Positions 1 to 12,208 of a stretch of DNA of 64,000 bases are shown piece by piece; positions within the stretch are counted from its first letter, which is position 1, and each line of letters opens with the position of its first letter. The position numbers were made by a program, and so were the translations under genes. This DNA comes from Laetmonice hystrix. Taxonomy: Eukaryota. Where the stretch lies: NCBI GenBank assembly GCA_965235115.1, contig OZ249452.1, positions 9,114,001 to 9,178,000 on the forward strand, given 5' to 3'. Below the pieces are notes generated by a model, which searched no databases, was not told the DNA's origin, and was given only the letters and a program-made list of their open reading frames with translations.

Positions 1-1187
1 CATTTCTACTTACCAAGCCCAATGTCAGGCCTCAGGGATGATTATATAAATCTATAAGGATATATTTAAAGTCTTTCCCTGTCTATTATTTTCAACACTA
101 TTATTTTGTTGATTGCTATGTCCATTCAATGAAACTACTACGAACGCTTCATCTCCCTAGACAACGTAGGAACTAAATCATGAAAACAGGCTGAAAATCT
201 ACCTAGTTTCTGCCCAGTTCAATAATTCACAGTTCTGTTATATTTGATCGTACTTGTTACAGCATTTATTCGTGCCAATGTATCTGTAAATCCTGGCTGT
301 CAATTTGTGTATCTGTTTATGTTTGTTGGACTGTAGTTTTGCGGCGTGGGATGGGTTAGTTATGAGGCCACCCAACAGGGGGCGCTCTCAGTGAAAAGGG
401 CAGACGATCACGGCAGTGCGTTGTGAGCAGGAACTCCGCACACATCAGGGCTGGAACCCGTAAAGAGAAGAAGAAGAGAGAAAAAAACTACACTGGAGTG
501 GAGATAGCAGAGGAATATATTTTTATTCTGACTGGACTCGGGACTACTGGACTTTGTTAATTAGGTTAACAGGTCATAACGAAAACTAAAAACTTCAGTG
601 GAAAGAACGCCGGATGTCGGGGTAGTTCGATCATCAGAAAATTTTATCTCAATGTACGTCATGTTTACGTTCGGAGATGAGCGTTTGCTATGTGTTGCTG
701 CATGTTTTCACAAAATGCAGGCCAAGGTGTTATTGTGTATTTGTGGCCTGTGAAATGTCCCGGCCATGGTATGCGTTGGTGTCGTTCGGTAATGGTTATA
801 ATAGCAGATTGCCATGTTGTTTCGAGTCAGGTGTCAAAAACAAGGGAACAAATTCCTCATCTTATCTAGTGTGTATGATCTGCGGTTGGTGTCTGGACGT
901 AGTCAAATAACTACGTTACCAACAGCGTCCGTGTATGGCCTAAAACGAGGCAGATGTCGTCCTGGCCATTCACACCAAAACTGGTGCATTGTCCAAGAAA
1001 ATTTCTCTCTCTCTCTTATTTGTTTAATGGCTTATGGTACTGACTGCACACTGATTATAGAGATTTTTTGTGTGAGTATAAGTATATTTAAAGTCTTTTA
1101 TTTTTACATTGACATCGGTTTTCGTTAGTCGTTGAAAGATTATGATCATAACTTACCTGAGAGTATATATATTATGTCTATGTTCAG

Positions 1188-4100
1188 GTGAGGCGGATTA
1201 CCATGTGCCCGGGAAAGGATCAGCTTGGAGTAATTCAACGTATACGTACACCATGGCCAAGATCATGCACCCAACGGATCAGTACACTAACACAGCTATC
1301 ACATCAATGTGAGTATACCTAGACCGAATCGATCTCCACACTCTGTCACATCAATGTTAGTATACCTAGACCGAGTCCATCTCCACACTATCACATCAAT
1401 GTTAGTATACCTAGACCAACTCTATCCCTCCTCACTGCACTCAGTGCACTCACTGGTTAAGGTTTTATGTGTTGTTTTCTTCTACTTGTACACTTTCTGT
1501 TGGTTTTAGATAAAGTTGTCTATTTCTGCACTTAAAGGGAAATGTGAGTGTTCAAAGCGCCGCGTAGTGAGTCGCGTTGGTACTACTGGGGAAATGTGAG
1601 TGTTCAAAGCCCCGCGTAGTGAGCTTTAACAGAAAAATGTTTGGCTTATTTAGGCAGTCAACTAGCAAACGTGTTTTACCAAGGCACTGACTGTTTGGCA
1701 GGCTGTAACTTTTTTTTTTATTTCGGTGACCCCAATTTTTTTGTTTTAAACTATTAGTCCTGATCCACTTTATCTTGTCACGGAGTTATGGGAAAAATCA
1801 GATTTTTTTGTTTCTTTGTACTCCTAAGAACAAAGGCTATCCCCCATAAAAATATTTTGAAAATTCTAGTGGTCAATCAAATTCCGTCGAACACTCACAT
1901 TTCCCTTTAACCCACTAACAACTTACCACATACTGGGTTATTTTTATAAAATCATCTCGAGTTTTGCTCTTTAAATCGTTTCAAACAAAAAGGAACTGTT
2001 GCACTAAAACTTCCTCTTTTTTCAAACTATTTACTGCCCGATAAATTATGGGAGTATTCATTGTACCCATACTTACTCGAATCTGGGGGATTGTCTGTGG
2101 GAGCATTCATTGTACCCATACTTACTCGAATCTGGGGGATTGTCTGTGGGAGCATTCATTGTACCCATACTAACTCGAATCTGGGGGATTGTCTGTGGGA
2201 GCATTCATTGTACCCATACTTACTCGAATCTGGGGGGTTGTCTGTGGGAGCATTCATTGTACCCATACTACCTCGAATCTGGGGGGTTGTCTGTGGGAGC
2301 ATTCATTGTACCCATACTTACTCGAATCTGGGGGATTGTCTGTGGGAGCATTCATTGTACCCATACTTACTCGAATCTGGGGGATTGTCTGTGGGAGCAT
2401 TCATTGTACCCATACTTACTCGAATCTGGGGGATTGATCATGACTCTGAAACACTTTAGACAGGGCGAAAAATCAGACAGAATATTAACAAAGAAACTCC
2501 ATAATTGTTGTTTTATTTTTTTTAGAAGAACCCTTTTGCACAGTTTGTATTTAGATTTTACAGCTCTTATTTCTGTTGAATCGTAGATGTTCTCTATCGT
2601 GACTCTGTATTTGATATCTTATGTTATTAATGGTGTGTGGCTATTTCAGAAAATATGCACCAAAATATAATTTATTACATTTCATCATTTATTCTGTTGT
2701 TTATAAATATTGCCACGTTTTGGGTGGTTGGTTTTGTTTAATTTTAATTACCACACATCAATATCAATATCATCCTTTTTGCTACTGGTGATGGTCACGT
2801 ATTTTCTGAAAGGGCCGTTTTTGTTTCATAACCTTTGTTCCTGTTGGCTGTTAACTGTAGTGATATGGAGAAAGCGAACCTCTTGTACGGTTGGCTGGTC
2901 TTTCCTGACCCTTGACCTTCAAGATCACGTGACCAGGTCACGTGACTCGATCCTGTGACGTTACATGATCATGCCGTACGTGTTGTAGTAATTTAAGATG
3001 TAGCGTGCAGGGTTCCAAGTAGTAGACTGGGATATTTCTAGGCAAAAGTCTCTCTGGAGCCCCTAAGGGGCATTTTTTAGTACAATATGGTAACGTCTAC
3101 TCATTCATTTCTATTCATTTCTTTGTAAGTTTTATCAAATTACATTTACGGTAATTCCATATTGCAGGGAGTAAAAAGGATGATATTAATTATTATGAAT
3201 GTTAGATGGATGTTAGCATTGTTATGATGTGATGGCGATGATGATAATGATGATAATGATGATGACCTGTTGTTGTATAGATACGGTGGAGGACCCAGAC
3301 CGTCAGTGGCCGGAGCAGAAGGCCAACCTCCCTGTAGCCGCGACGCCTCACACTGTACCAGCACATTCAGCATGAATGTCGGTCTCGCCACACTCCTCCA
3401 GGAGCGAGGGCTTCACGCCGGGGCGACTGTTCGGAGTCCATCCCCGGGCAAGGCGGGGGTAGGGCCGGGAGGGGGGTCACGCCGCCGGGCTGGAGCGGGG
3501 CCAGCGGCCGCTCGGGTGAGGCACACTCCGCGCCGGTTCAATAGCATTGTCACAGAAACGTTGAGCGGGTCCACACGTTCCCACACTGAGGTTATATACA
3601 CCTCGACTGCTACCACACCAGTGGTCACCGCAACCAACATCCCACCATTTGAAGGGATTAGCGACACGGCCATGCCGCTCCTGCGACCTGACTGCTACGA
3701 TATTGTTGATCGTGTCAAGGACACAGGGCTGGTGGATCTAGTCTCAACCACAGCAGCTGCTGTGAACATTCTCGGGACGGGGTTGAACACCATCCTACCC
3801 GTGAACGAGAAATCGGGGCTGGTGACTCGCAGAGATGCCGAGGTGGCGACAAGACAGAAAACAACGGGTACGTCTAGGCCCACGTATCTGGGTGAACTGC
3901 CACCTCTAGGGTCGTCATCGGGAGGGGTGGTCACCAGGGTGGGCAGGAGGAAAGGGCATTTGGGTAGGTCCCAAGTTGCCATGGCAACGGGGATGATCTC
4001 CATGGGGCTTAATACCATCACGCCGGCTTACAGCAGGAATTCTTCACCGTTGACGCCCGTTGCCATGACAACAGTATGCACCATGGCGCCAAACACCGCA

Positions 4101-4634
4101 TTTAACACCGTAACTCATGGTCGGCATTCTTCCTCCATGGCGCCGGTTGCTATAGCAACAGTGTGCTCCATGGCGTCAAGCAACACGTTGAACACATTAA
4201 ATACTCTGACTTCCTCATCTAGTATGTATTCCTCCCCAATATCCTACGGCGGACCTCCCAGGCCATCGGTTGCCATGGAAACCACAGGACCTCCCAGGCA
4301 AGCTGTCGCCATGGCAACCTATGGTGATAGACAAGATAGCGGTGTTACTGAAGGCTCCACCAATGTAGCGGTAACTGACTGTGGAGTGCCGAACGAATCA
4401 AGTGGAGTAAGTGGGATTCTCATGTCCCAGTCAGATGGTGTAAGCGGGACTCTCATGTCCCAGTCAGATGGAGTCAGCAGCGGACAAATGTCCCAGTCCC
4501 TCCTCAAACATCTTGCCAACATTCGGATGAGGAGAAGAAAAGCTGGTCTGATGGGAGCCCTGACCGCTCCTAGCGACATGTCGTCCACCTTGACAAGTCC
4601 AGACTCCTCTAGGAAATCCGGGGATATCGACTGA
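1188..4634 (+). CDS. Last two visible coding exons (1188-1308, 3281-4634) of an unrecognised gene; Ser/Thr/Gly-rich C-terminus; 5' exons not identified
   Basis: 454-codon ORF 3270-4634 has an acceptor ttgtatAG at 3279-3280. Exon 1188-1308 (ttcAG...AAT|GTGAGT) is open and phase-compatible (AT+A = Ile, giving ...NTAITSIYGGGPRP...). No recognisable domain. Internal 33-bp repeat at 4404-4497 (GVSGxLMSQSD x3). Confidence 0.6.
1299..1417 (+). repeat. Tandem repeat, 45-47 bp, ~2.6 copies, starting inside exon 1188-1308 and spanning its donor
   Basis: TCACATCAATGT(G/T)AGTATACCTAGACC starts at 1299, 1346 and 1391. Confidence 0.9.
1536..1906. mobile_element. Kolobok-like non-autonomous DNA transposon (MITE), copy 1, internally deleted
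   Basis: TTAA at 1532-1535 and 1907-1910; perfect 18-bp TIR AGGGAAATGTGAGTGTTC; 5'-RR termini plus TTAA TSD fit Kolobok; homologous to 17008-17589 in the opposite orientation. Confidence 0.85.
2050..2437. repeat. Minisatellite, 49 bp x ~8
   Basis: Unit GGGAGCATTCATTGTACCCATACTTACTCGAATCTGGGGGATTGTCTGT repeated head-to-tail; explains ORFs 2061, 2110 and 2189. Confidence 0.97.
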
Positions 4635-4719
4635 ACATAGGGACATGTGATTGTCTTATAGGATATCTGGGACAGCGTGATTGGGACACAGCCGTGCTTG
4701 GGATCGATTTATTCAACTT

Positions 4720-4950
4720 CTAGTGTTTGAAATATACCGTGGCCGATAGAACGAAGGCGCCCATTGGCCAGTGAGATTAGAAGCTAGTCTTTTTGAATAC
4801 TCATCGCCTATTGGACCACGGATATGGGCAGGTGTTCCGTTGTAAAGTGTTACCTCAACAATACAAGGATGGGTTTTAAAGTTGAGCGTTTGCTATGCAA
4901 AACTCGTTATGATTGGCTACCGTCTTAACCAATGGCGCGGGGCGAGCCAT
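4720..4950. promoter_or_regulatory. Promoter-like CCAAT-box cluster with CHR-like (TTTGAA) and E2F-like motifs
   Basis: ATTGG/CCAAT near 4766, 4811, 4912 and 4929; TTTGAA near 4726 and 4792; GGCGCGGG near 4934. Motif evidence only. Confidence 0.35.
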
Positions 4951-6649
4951 GAGGTGTGTGACGTCGTTGACCAGTGGACGTGTTAACAGTGCAAGGGCTA
5001 ACGTTGTGATGTGCCTTTGGACACATACGTATATGATAACAAGGACTGAGAAGCGAACAGAGGACACCAAGGACTTTTTCTCAACATATGAGGGTTCTAT
5101 GGGTTGAGCCAACTCTTTCAACTTGTCTCAGAGTGACCTGAATTTAACAGGTAACCATAGAAACCGTGGTCCCTCTATAGTGGCCTGGTTTAGTAATGAT
5201 GATATTTTGTTTGTAACGGACTCGGGAGTCCTATGCTTCGAGAAGGTTCGCGTTCCCGATATGAAAAAGTTATAATTTCACATCATTTCATTGTTTTGAA
5301 GTGTGAAGTATTTATTGAAAGTCTGACCAGAGAATGCAGTGAGTGTATGGTAGAAATTGAAATGGACTCGAAAGTGTGAAAGCTTAAGCCATTTACTGGG
5401 TAGTACGACATAGTCTTCACCAAAGAGTATTGTAATGACGCCTTTAGTTAGTTCCTCTTGGCAACAGTATTTACCATGTTCAGAAAGTAATATTTTGGAA
5501 GAAAAAGAAGCGAAAGTCAAAGCAAAGGTTCCCCATTGGAGAGGTTGCCATGACAACTACACCATTGGTGCTAGAGCTGTCAGAAAGGTCACAGAGACTG
5601 TCATGGTAACCAAAAGGGAACGTCACTCATAGACTAGCAACTTTATTCAAGACCAGCTTGCGACTACCATGAACCTACAGTAATCACTGAGTCTTGAGTA
5701 AATTATGAAGCCTAGTTCTCGTAGAGAGCATGAACTGTTTCTAAGAAATGTTTAGGTTAGGTCGAGCATTGACAGGGTCGTGATATTTAAGTTAACAAGT
5801 CAAGGTCGTGAAAGTCCTCCGGAATATTATGTCATTGCATGTGTAGCTATGAACGTACAATCATTTGTATATTCCCGCATGGAATAAGTGTTATTACGAG
5901 GGATGTCGAAGTGAGAATCAAACTGAACGATTGCAACTGGAAAGTAACGGTAACTTCTTTCAGGAAATATTGTGGACCCTGTACATAACTAAAATGTGAT
6001 GACCAGTTTTTGTAAATAGAGGTCAAAAGAATAAGTTAAAATGGAACAAATAGGACGATATGAGAATCCCAGCATATTTAATTTTATTACCGGTATTTAA
6101 GATCTGTTTATCTTGGAGATCTCATTAGAGGGAAGGTTTTCTAGTGATTCAAAATGTTTCTACGTTACGAATTACTGAGAACATGATATTGTGTAAAGTT
6201 CTAGTGGCCACAAAATGATCATGTCATTGAGAGCGAATGTTACAGCCATCTTGTATATAATGGTTGCCGTGGAAACAGCCTGCTGCTACCCATCTGCTGT
6301 GTGATATGTATAGCAACTTTATCTTATGTCGCACTACCCCGCCCTTTGATCCTATATATCCAGGGTGAGCCCCAGGTAAGTAGGTCAATCACTAGACTGA
6401 TCTAGGGGTGGGGCCATTCACACCTGAGAAATACCCAACTACACAAGTCTTTTTTTAGAAGTGATCTTTATTGTGATATACACGTTATATGTTGAAAGGT
6501 ACAGCCCTCTCTTTCTATGGCGGTAGAAAGTATTGATTATGTGTAAGAGACGCTACAACAGGGGAGTGTTATTCCATCTTACCTGGTCTTTGCTACTTGT
6601 ACGCTACGGTCGATACATTCTGTAAAACACCCTTTAATTGCTACTCTCT

Positions 6650-7083
6650 GATCCTATTCCACTGGTAAGTGGACCGCTAAGATCCTATTCCACTGGTTAG
6701 TGGAGCACTAAGATCCTATTCCACTGGTTAGTGGAGCACTGAGATCCTATTCCACTGGTTAGTGGGACACTATGATCCTATTCCACTGGTTAGTGGAGCG
6801 TTAAGATCCTATTCCACTGGTTAGTGGAGCACTAAGATCCTATTCCACTGGTTAGTGGAGCACTGAGATCCTATTCCACTGGTTAGTGGAGCACTGAGAT
6901 CCTATTCCACTGGTTAGTGGGACACTATGATCCTATTCCACTGGTTAGTGGAGCGTTAAGATCCTGTTCCACTGGTTAGTGGAGCACTGAGATCCTACTC
7001 TACTGGTTAGTGGAGCACTAAGATCCTGTTCCACTGGTTAGTGGGACACTAAGATCATATTCCACTGGTTAGTAGACCACTAA
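6650..7083. repeat. Minisatellite, 31 bp x 14
   Basis: Unit GATCCTATTCCACTGGTTAGTGGAGCACTAA, starts every 31 bp from 6650 to 7053. Confidence 0.97.
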
Positions 7084-7411
7084 GTGAGATGATAAAACAG
7101 CTGATGCTACTTGTGATGCAAGCACGGTACTAAGTGTGTACAGCCGTTATTGGGCTGTGTTTACGTTGATACAAAGGCCTTGTTTTTTCGTTACTCACAC
7201 GCGTTACTACAGTCGTACTGCTATATCAAAGCTAGTGTTTAGTATGAGAGTTTTGTGATCAGTTGTTAATGGTTATGGCGCGTCAATATTGTCATAATCT
7301 TGTTTTGAAAGCCACTGTTGATAAATGTGTTATGTAGCTGTGTTTTCGAACCTTTTGGTTTGCCATAGAGTGGTTACTTTATCACTTTTCGCGTGATTTT
7401 AGTCAAGGGCA

Positions 7412-7550
7412 CAGTGGCGGCGCCTGACTTAAGAATTTAGGGGGGGGGGGAGAAAATGCGGGGGCGCCAAAACATAGGCATTGTGTCATTTGCCCGACAC
7501 TGTCTATAGCATTTTTCAATTGGGATCCCCTCCCCTCAGCGCCGCCACTG
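7412..7550. mobile_element. Short hAT-like MITE with G-run
   Basis: 12-bp TIR CAGTGGCGGCGC...GCGCCGCCACTG; no clean TSD. Confidence 0.55.
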
Positions 7551-7918
7551 CGAGTTCAGAAAGTATTCATTTTCCGATCTCTGCCTGATATTCTCAGCCA
7601 AAGCCGAGTGAGCAACTCTCATTTTGATATGTCACAGACTAGTCGCAAACATCAAAGATCTCTTCACCACTTCATGTTACAGTAGCAAGCGCTTCCTGTT
7701 CAAGATTTTAACGACTCTTCATAATCAAACCCACTGACGCATTATGTGGCGTCATACTCAGACGCCGAGCAAACTAAAAACTACGATGGATGTAAAGTAC
7801 TCAATAATAGGCGTCAAGTTACACTTTTCGTAACGGTATACGGTTGTGCTTGCCCTACTTTCGGTGACGTGATCGTCGTTTCTAAGATAGCTGGCCAGTG
7901 CTCTGTACTGTAATAAGT

Positions 7919-8121
7919 CCCGTAGCCGGAAGGGGGGGGCGGAGGGCGGTGCCCCATTGAAAATCTAGTAATTTTCCCTAAATTTGTCACTTATGGATCT
8001 TATTGGACCTTTGGTCCTGAACATGATCTTGCACAAAATGATTGGTTCTGATTTTCATGGAATTATAAAAAAAAAAGTCCGGAAATTAAAATGTGCTTCA
8101 CCAACATGATGTAGCTACGGG
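7919..8121. mobile_element. Short MITE-like element with G-run
   Basis: CCCGTAGC...GCTACGGG inverted termini; no clear TSD. Confidence 0.4.
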
Positions 8122-8477
8122 CGTGGTACTAGGCCTTATGTAGTATTGGTCTACATTGACAGTTATAATTGTTATATCGTAGGCTTACGTAAGGCCTGGG
8201 CCAAAAACGGAACTTCAGCGTTCTTGGCAACTGGCTAGTTATCTACCGTTCGATTTCAAGGCATTTCTTTTCGTAAAGGGCAAACATAACACGTATTGGC
8301 ACTCGGAATCTGTAGCCTGCCATCCATCAAGTTTGTCGTTACAGTCATTCGTTAAATCTTTGCTTTGTTATCTGTCACGTCTACTTCAAAATGGGAGGAG
8401 GTAGACGGTGCTGTAGTCGATTTAGTGGGTCATACTTTTATTGGAGGTCAGCCCCCGTAGTAATTCTGGGGGAAAAG

Positions 8478-8741
8478 GGCGTATCCAGAAATTGGTTAGG
8501 GGGGGGGGGGTCTCTAAGTTAAGGTACTTCAAAGAAGACCTCAGGTCATACTTCTCTTGGAAATAAAACAAAAAGATATCAAAATGTAATCTTGGGACAT
8601 CTTGTTTGGAAATAAGATTCCTTGGGTTAAAATAATTCACTTTTTACACTCCTGTTTTACATAAATGTCCATAATATAGTAAAAACCTTGGGGGGGGGGG
8701 GGGGTCCGGAATACTTCGAAAACCCCCTGGATACGCCACTG
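8478..8741. mobile_element. hAT-like MITE (GGCGTATCCAG family)
   Basis: GGCGTATCCAG...CTGGATACGCCACTG inverted ends with G-runs; related ends near 21890, 28066 and 39692-39880. Confidence 0.55.
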
Positions 8742-9104
8742 TAATCTTTCTCCATTATGAGTACCCCGAGGATCCTCAGATTGCCTCTCAACTTTCGGCT
8801 ATGTATGCCCTTGTATTTAGGGGTAATATATTGGAAAACTAGATTCTTGCTTTTCTCTGGAATGTTGTCTTTGGAAATCAGCGAATTAGGGGAGCTTCAT
8901 GAATCTGCTTGTAGGTTGGCGGTAGGAACGAGATGTAAAATTTGTAAATATGGTTTGATAATTGTACAGAATTGCCACTAACCACCGCTCTCAGAAACCT
9001 AACCATAGCCATCGGTTATACATGATAATAAGGAAGGAAATAAAGCGAAGACTTCTTGCAGGTAATACTGGTTGTGCATATTTAGAAGTTCGTGTGAATA
9101 GCTT

Positions 9105-9788
9105 ATGTCTGATGCACGAATGGCCTAGACTGTTACAGATTCCAATGGTCCATAAATGTCTGCTACGCCACCTAGTGGCAGCTGTTTGAACCATACCCCT
9201 AGGCCTCCCTGTAAGCCTCGAGTAGTGCATTATTCCTGTATAACATGACCAGGGCTGATCAAGGTGCTTGTTGTAGAGCGCGTGTATTATAACCTGATAA
9301 CCATTCGTGCCCGTGGTGCGGACCGACGTGGTTAGAGAACGACCGTGCAATTAGTTTGTCTTTATGCCACCAGGTGACGCCACTGTAGGGAGGTTGCTGG
9401 TCGGTGGCAGCATAGGACTGCTACCATTGTAAAACGTCGGAAAATAAAACTGTGACAAACTAAACTGCCGTTATGACTTAAACTGAGCCTAGATTTTTAT
9501 AAAGAGGTCCTACTTCATTGTATAATGACAAACTAAGCCTGGCGTTATGACTTAAACTGAGCCTAGATTGTTGTAAGGAGGTCCTACTTCATTGTATAAT
9601 GACAAACTAAGCATGTCGTTATGACTTAAACTAAGCCAAGATTGTTATAAGGAGGTCCTACTTCATTGTATAATGACAAACTAAGCCTGGCGTTATGACT
9701 TAAACTGAGCCTAGATTGTTATAAGGAGGTCCTTCTTCATCATTAGGGCCTAGGCTATGTCATTATGTGGAATCCCCTTGGCCGACAC
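9105..9788 (+). repeat. Dispersed direct repeat, copy 1 (contains a 73-74 bp x ~3.8 minisatellite at 9454-9741)
   Basis: Aligns by eye with 12309-12782 at high identity over the first ~350 bp; followed by an (AAT)-rich tail. Confidence 0.9.
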
Positions 9789-10245
9789 ATTGTCATAATA
9801 AATAATAAATAATAAATTATTTGTCGACTTATAACCTAGGAAATCAGCTTTGAAGTAGGAAGCTATCACTGCTTGCCTTCGATTTGAAGAGGCCGTCATG
9901 ATTAATTTATTTTAACCAATCAGAAAAATTCCCGTCTGCAAGCCAGATAGTCTCGATCACCAGATTGCCAGATTGCCTGCATTATTAGCAAAGAACGTCT
10001 ACTGATCAGTCTACGTTCTTTGAGAGCTGTAGCCGCCGCCGCCGCCGCCAGGGGGCTGGACCACCCCGGCCCCCTAGCGGTAGTACAGTGAAGTAGTCCA
10101 CCGCATGATGAAACCGGTTCTTACCACAACCACTTCCGGTAATTAATGGCCACACAAGACCAAACTTTGGTTAGACCAGAATCAAAGTGTGCAGTGACTG
10201 AGTGAAGGTAAAAACGATAGACATTTCCATAGATTGGGACACAAA

Positions 10246-12208
10246 ATGCCGTGGTGTGTAGCATTCGGCTGTGAAAACAAATGTAAAGACTCAAGCAAGG
10301 CAAGGCTGTCGTTTCACCGTTTTCCTGTTCGTAATGAAGATCTGCTGAAGAAATGGTTAGGAAATATCGGCAAGAAAGATTTTGTTCCTACAATGAATTC
10401 ACGACTGTGCTCAGATCATTTTCTGGAGAGCTGCTTTGAAGAGGACCTCTATGCAAAATATGCAAAGTACATGGACCCTTCGGAATTCGAACAAGCGTCC
10501 ACAAGGCAGCGACCGCGTAAGCTGAAGGATGGTGCCGTGCCCACAGAGTTTCAGTTTGCCCATCGAAAAGCCCCAGAAAAGCCAGATCCACAAAAAACTA
10601 GGGTAGAGAGGTTGCAACGACGACGGGAGAAAAGAGCTCTACTGAAAAAGGTATTAATTTAAGTCAGTTCTCACCAGCCTTTTTCAGCGTAGTAGGGTAT
10701 ATATTGAGGAAATCGGCAAAATATTTTTTAAAACGCTTGATACATCATGGTATTGGTAGTGTAGTTTTCCCCAGCAAGAGTGTCGATTAACAAAAAAATT
10801 ATACAAAAATTTAACTCAAGAAAGGTTAACCACAGAGGGGGAAAATGATGGAAATATCTTTTCTTCTTCCCTTGCTGGAGTATCATGGATGACAGGGGAG
10901 TACGTGGAAGTTAATGTAAGATCTAGTCGTTTTTTGTTTATTTTAATTAACAGATTTTAACATTGTTATTTATAGAAAAGATCAGAAACAGAAACTTTTG
11001 TACAAGATGAACCAGAGTTCACCTTGGAGCGTACTGCAGATGTTCCACTAGGAGAGGTATGTATTCTGGAAAATTGGCGTCATACATACAGTAAAAGCTC
11101 TGGTAGGGACCAAACTCTACTTAAACTAAAGAATACCTCTAAATAGGGAACACTTTTTTTTGCAGTCTCAATTTTCCCCTATCTTTTAATATTGGAGCAA
11201 ATGAGCCATAGTCTAGTTGGAAAACGCCTTTAGGCTCTATTCGGTCGGTCTGTGTGTAAGGCTGTAACGGAACACCTCCAAATAGGGAATACCCAACAGC
11301 ATTCCCTAATGAGAAGTTTTACTGTAATTGGTCCGAAATATAATAAGCATACTTTATTAAATTGCTGTGATTTATAAAACTGTGTACATGTGTACACCAT
11401 ATTTCTAATGAAAACCATTGCTCTTTAGGTAGATATTACAGGTGCAAACGGCAGACTCCCCTTCGAAGATGGAACATCTAGAAGAACGAAAAAGAACCAG
11501 CGCAATGCAGACAGGATTTCCCAGTCATGTGCAGTTCAGACAGATCCTCAGTTATCTGTTAAAATTGAGCCGGTATTTGAAACAGTTTCCATTCAACCAG
11601 AGAAGATTGAGGACACATACGATGTGCATAAAATTGAGCCGGGATTTGAAACAGTTTCCATTCAACCAACTGTGGAGAAGATTGAGGACACATACGATGT
11701 GCATAAAATTGAACCGGGATTTGAAACAGTTTCCATTCAACCAGTGGGGAAGATTGAGGAAACATACGATGTGCATAAAATTGAGCCGGGATTTGAAACA
11801 GTTTCCATTCAACCAGTGGAGAAAATTGAGGACACATGCGATGAGCCATCCAGCGAGTTGTCGGATACCAACATTTATGAACCAAAATATCGACTTTCTA
11901 CCGGCATAGAGATTAAAAGTGAGGAGGGACACAACGGCCAAGAATCCCCGTGGATATGTACTATGAACAAATACATAGTGTTTGAACAAAACTTGGAAAA
12001 ACTACATAGATTCTGCAACGAGTGTGGAAGTCCTGTAGTTCAAAAATCAAAATTCCCGACAGGTTCTATGATCACGTACAGGATAATCTGCCACCAGGGC
12101 CACTCGTATACTTGGCACTCGCAACCAATTCAAAACGGACAGCCAGTTGGCAACCTTCTGGTACCTGCACCCATATTGGAAACGGGAAACCTTATAAAAA
12201 ATGAGTGA
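10246..12208 (+). CDS. THAP-domain protein (421 aa) derived from a Kolobok-type transposase, truncated before the DDE core; exons 10246-10650, 10976-11056, 11429-12208
   Basis: THAP C2CH signature (CVAFGC...FHRFP...W...RLCSDHF...AVPT); all junctions GT-AG in phase 0. C-terminal KYIVF..CxxC..GS..CxxGH..W.SQP..GNLL..IL.TGN motif resembles the N-terminal part of Kolobok transposases (recalled family knowledge, no search run). Confidence 0.75.
11555..11835 (+). repeat. In-frame coding tandem repeat, 63-69 bp x ~3.5
   Basis: (V/H)KIEPGFETVSIQP(TV)EKIEDTYD repeated in THAP exon 3. Confidence 0.9.

Noticed and set aside
355-1000. Solo LTR or retroelement remnant
   Set aside because: No TG...CA ends, TSD or gag/pol motif could be identified; only a CTCF-like motif near 370.
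1536-1906. piggyBac assignment for the TTAA-flanked MITEs
   Set aside because: Termini are AGGG...CCCT (purine start), not the CCY start of piggyBac; Kolobok fits better.
2061-2586. ORFs of 82-158 aa over the 49-bp array
   Set aside because: Open frames are produced by the repeat unit; no domain or gene structure.
6650-7083. 31-bp partly palindromic repeats as a CRISPR array
   Set aside because: Units are head-to-tail with no unique spacers, there are no cas genes, and the context is eukaryotic. The same applies to the 49-, 47- and 74-bp arrays.
10246-12208. Active P-element/THAP9 or intact Kolobok transposase
   Set aside because: No catalytic DDE region, stop at 12206-12208, and no terminal inverted repeats found.
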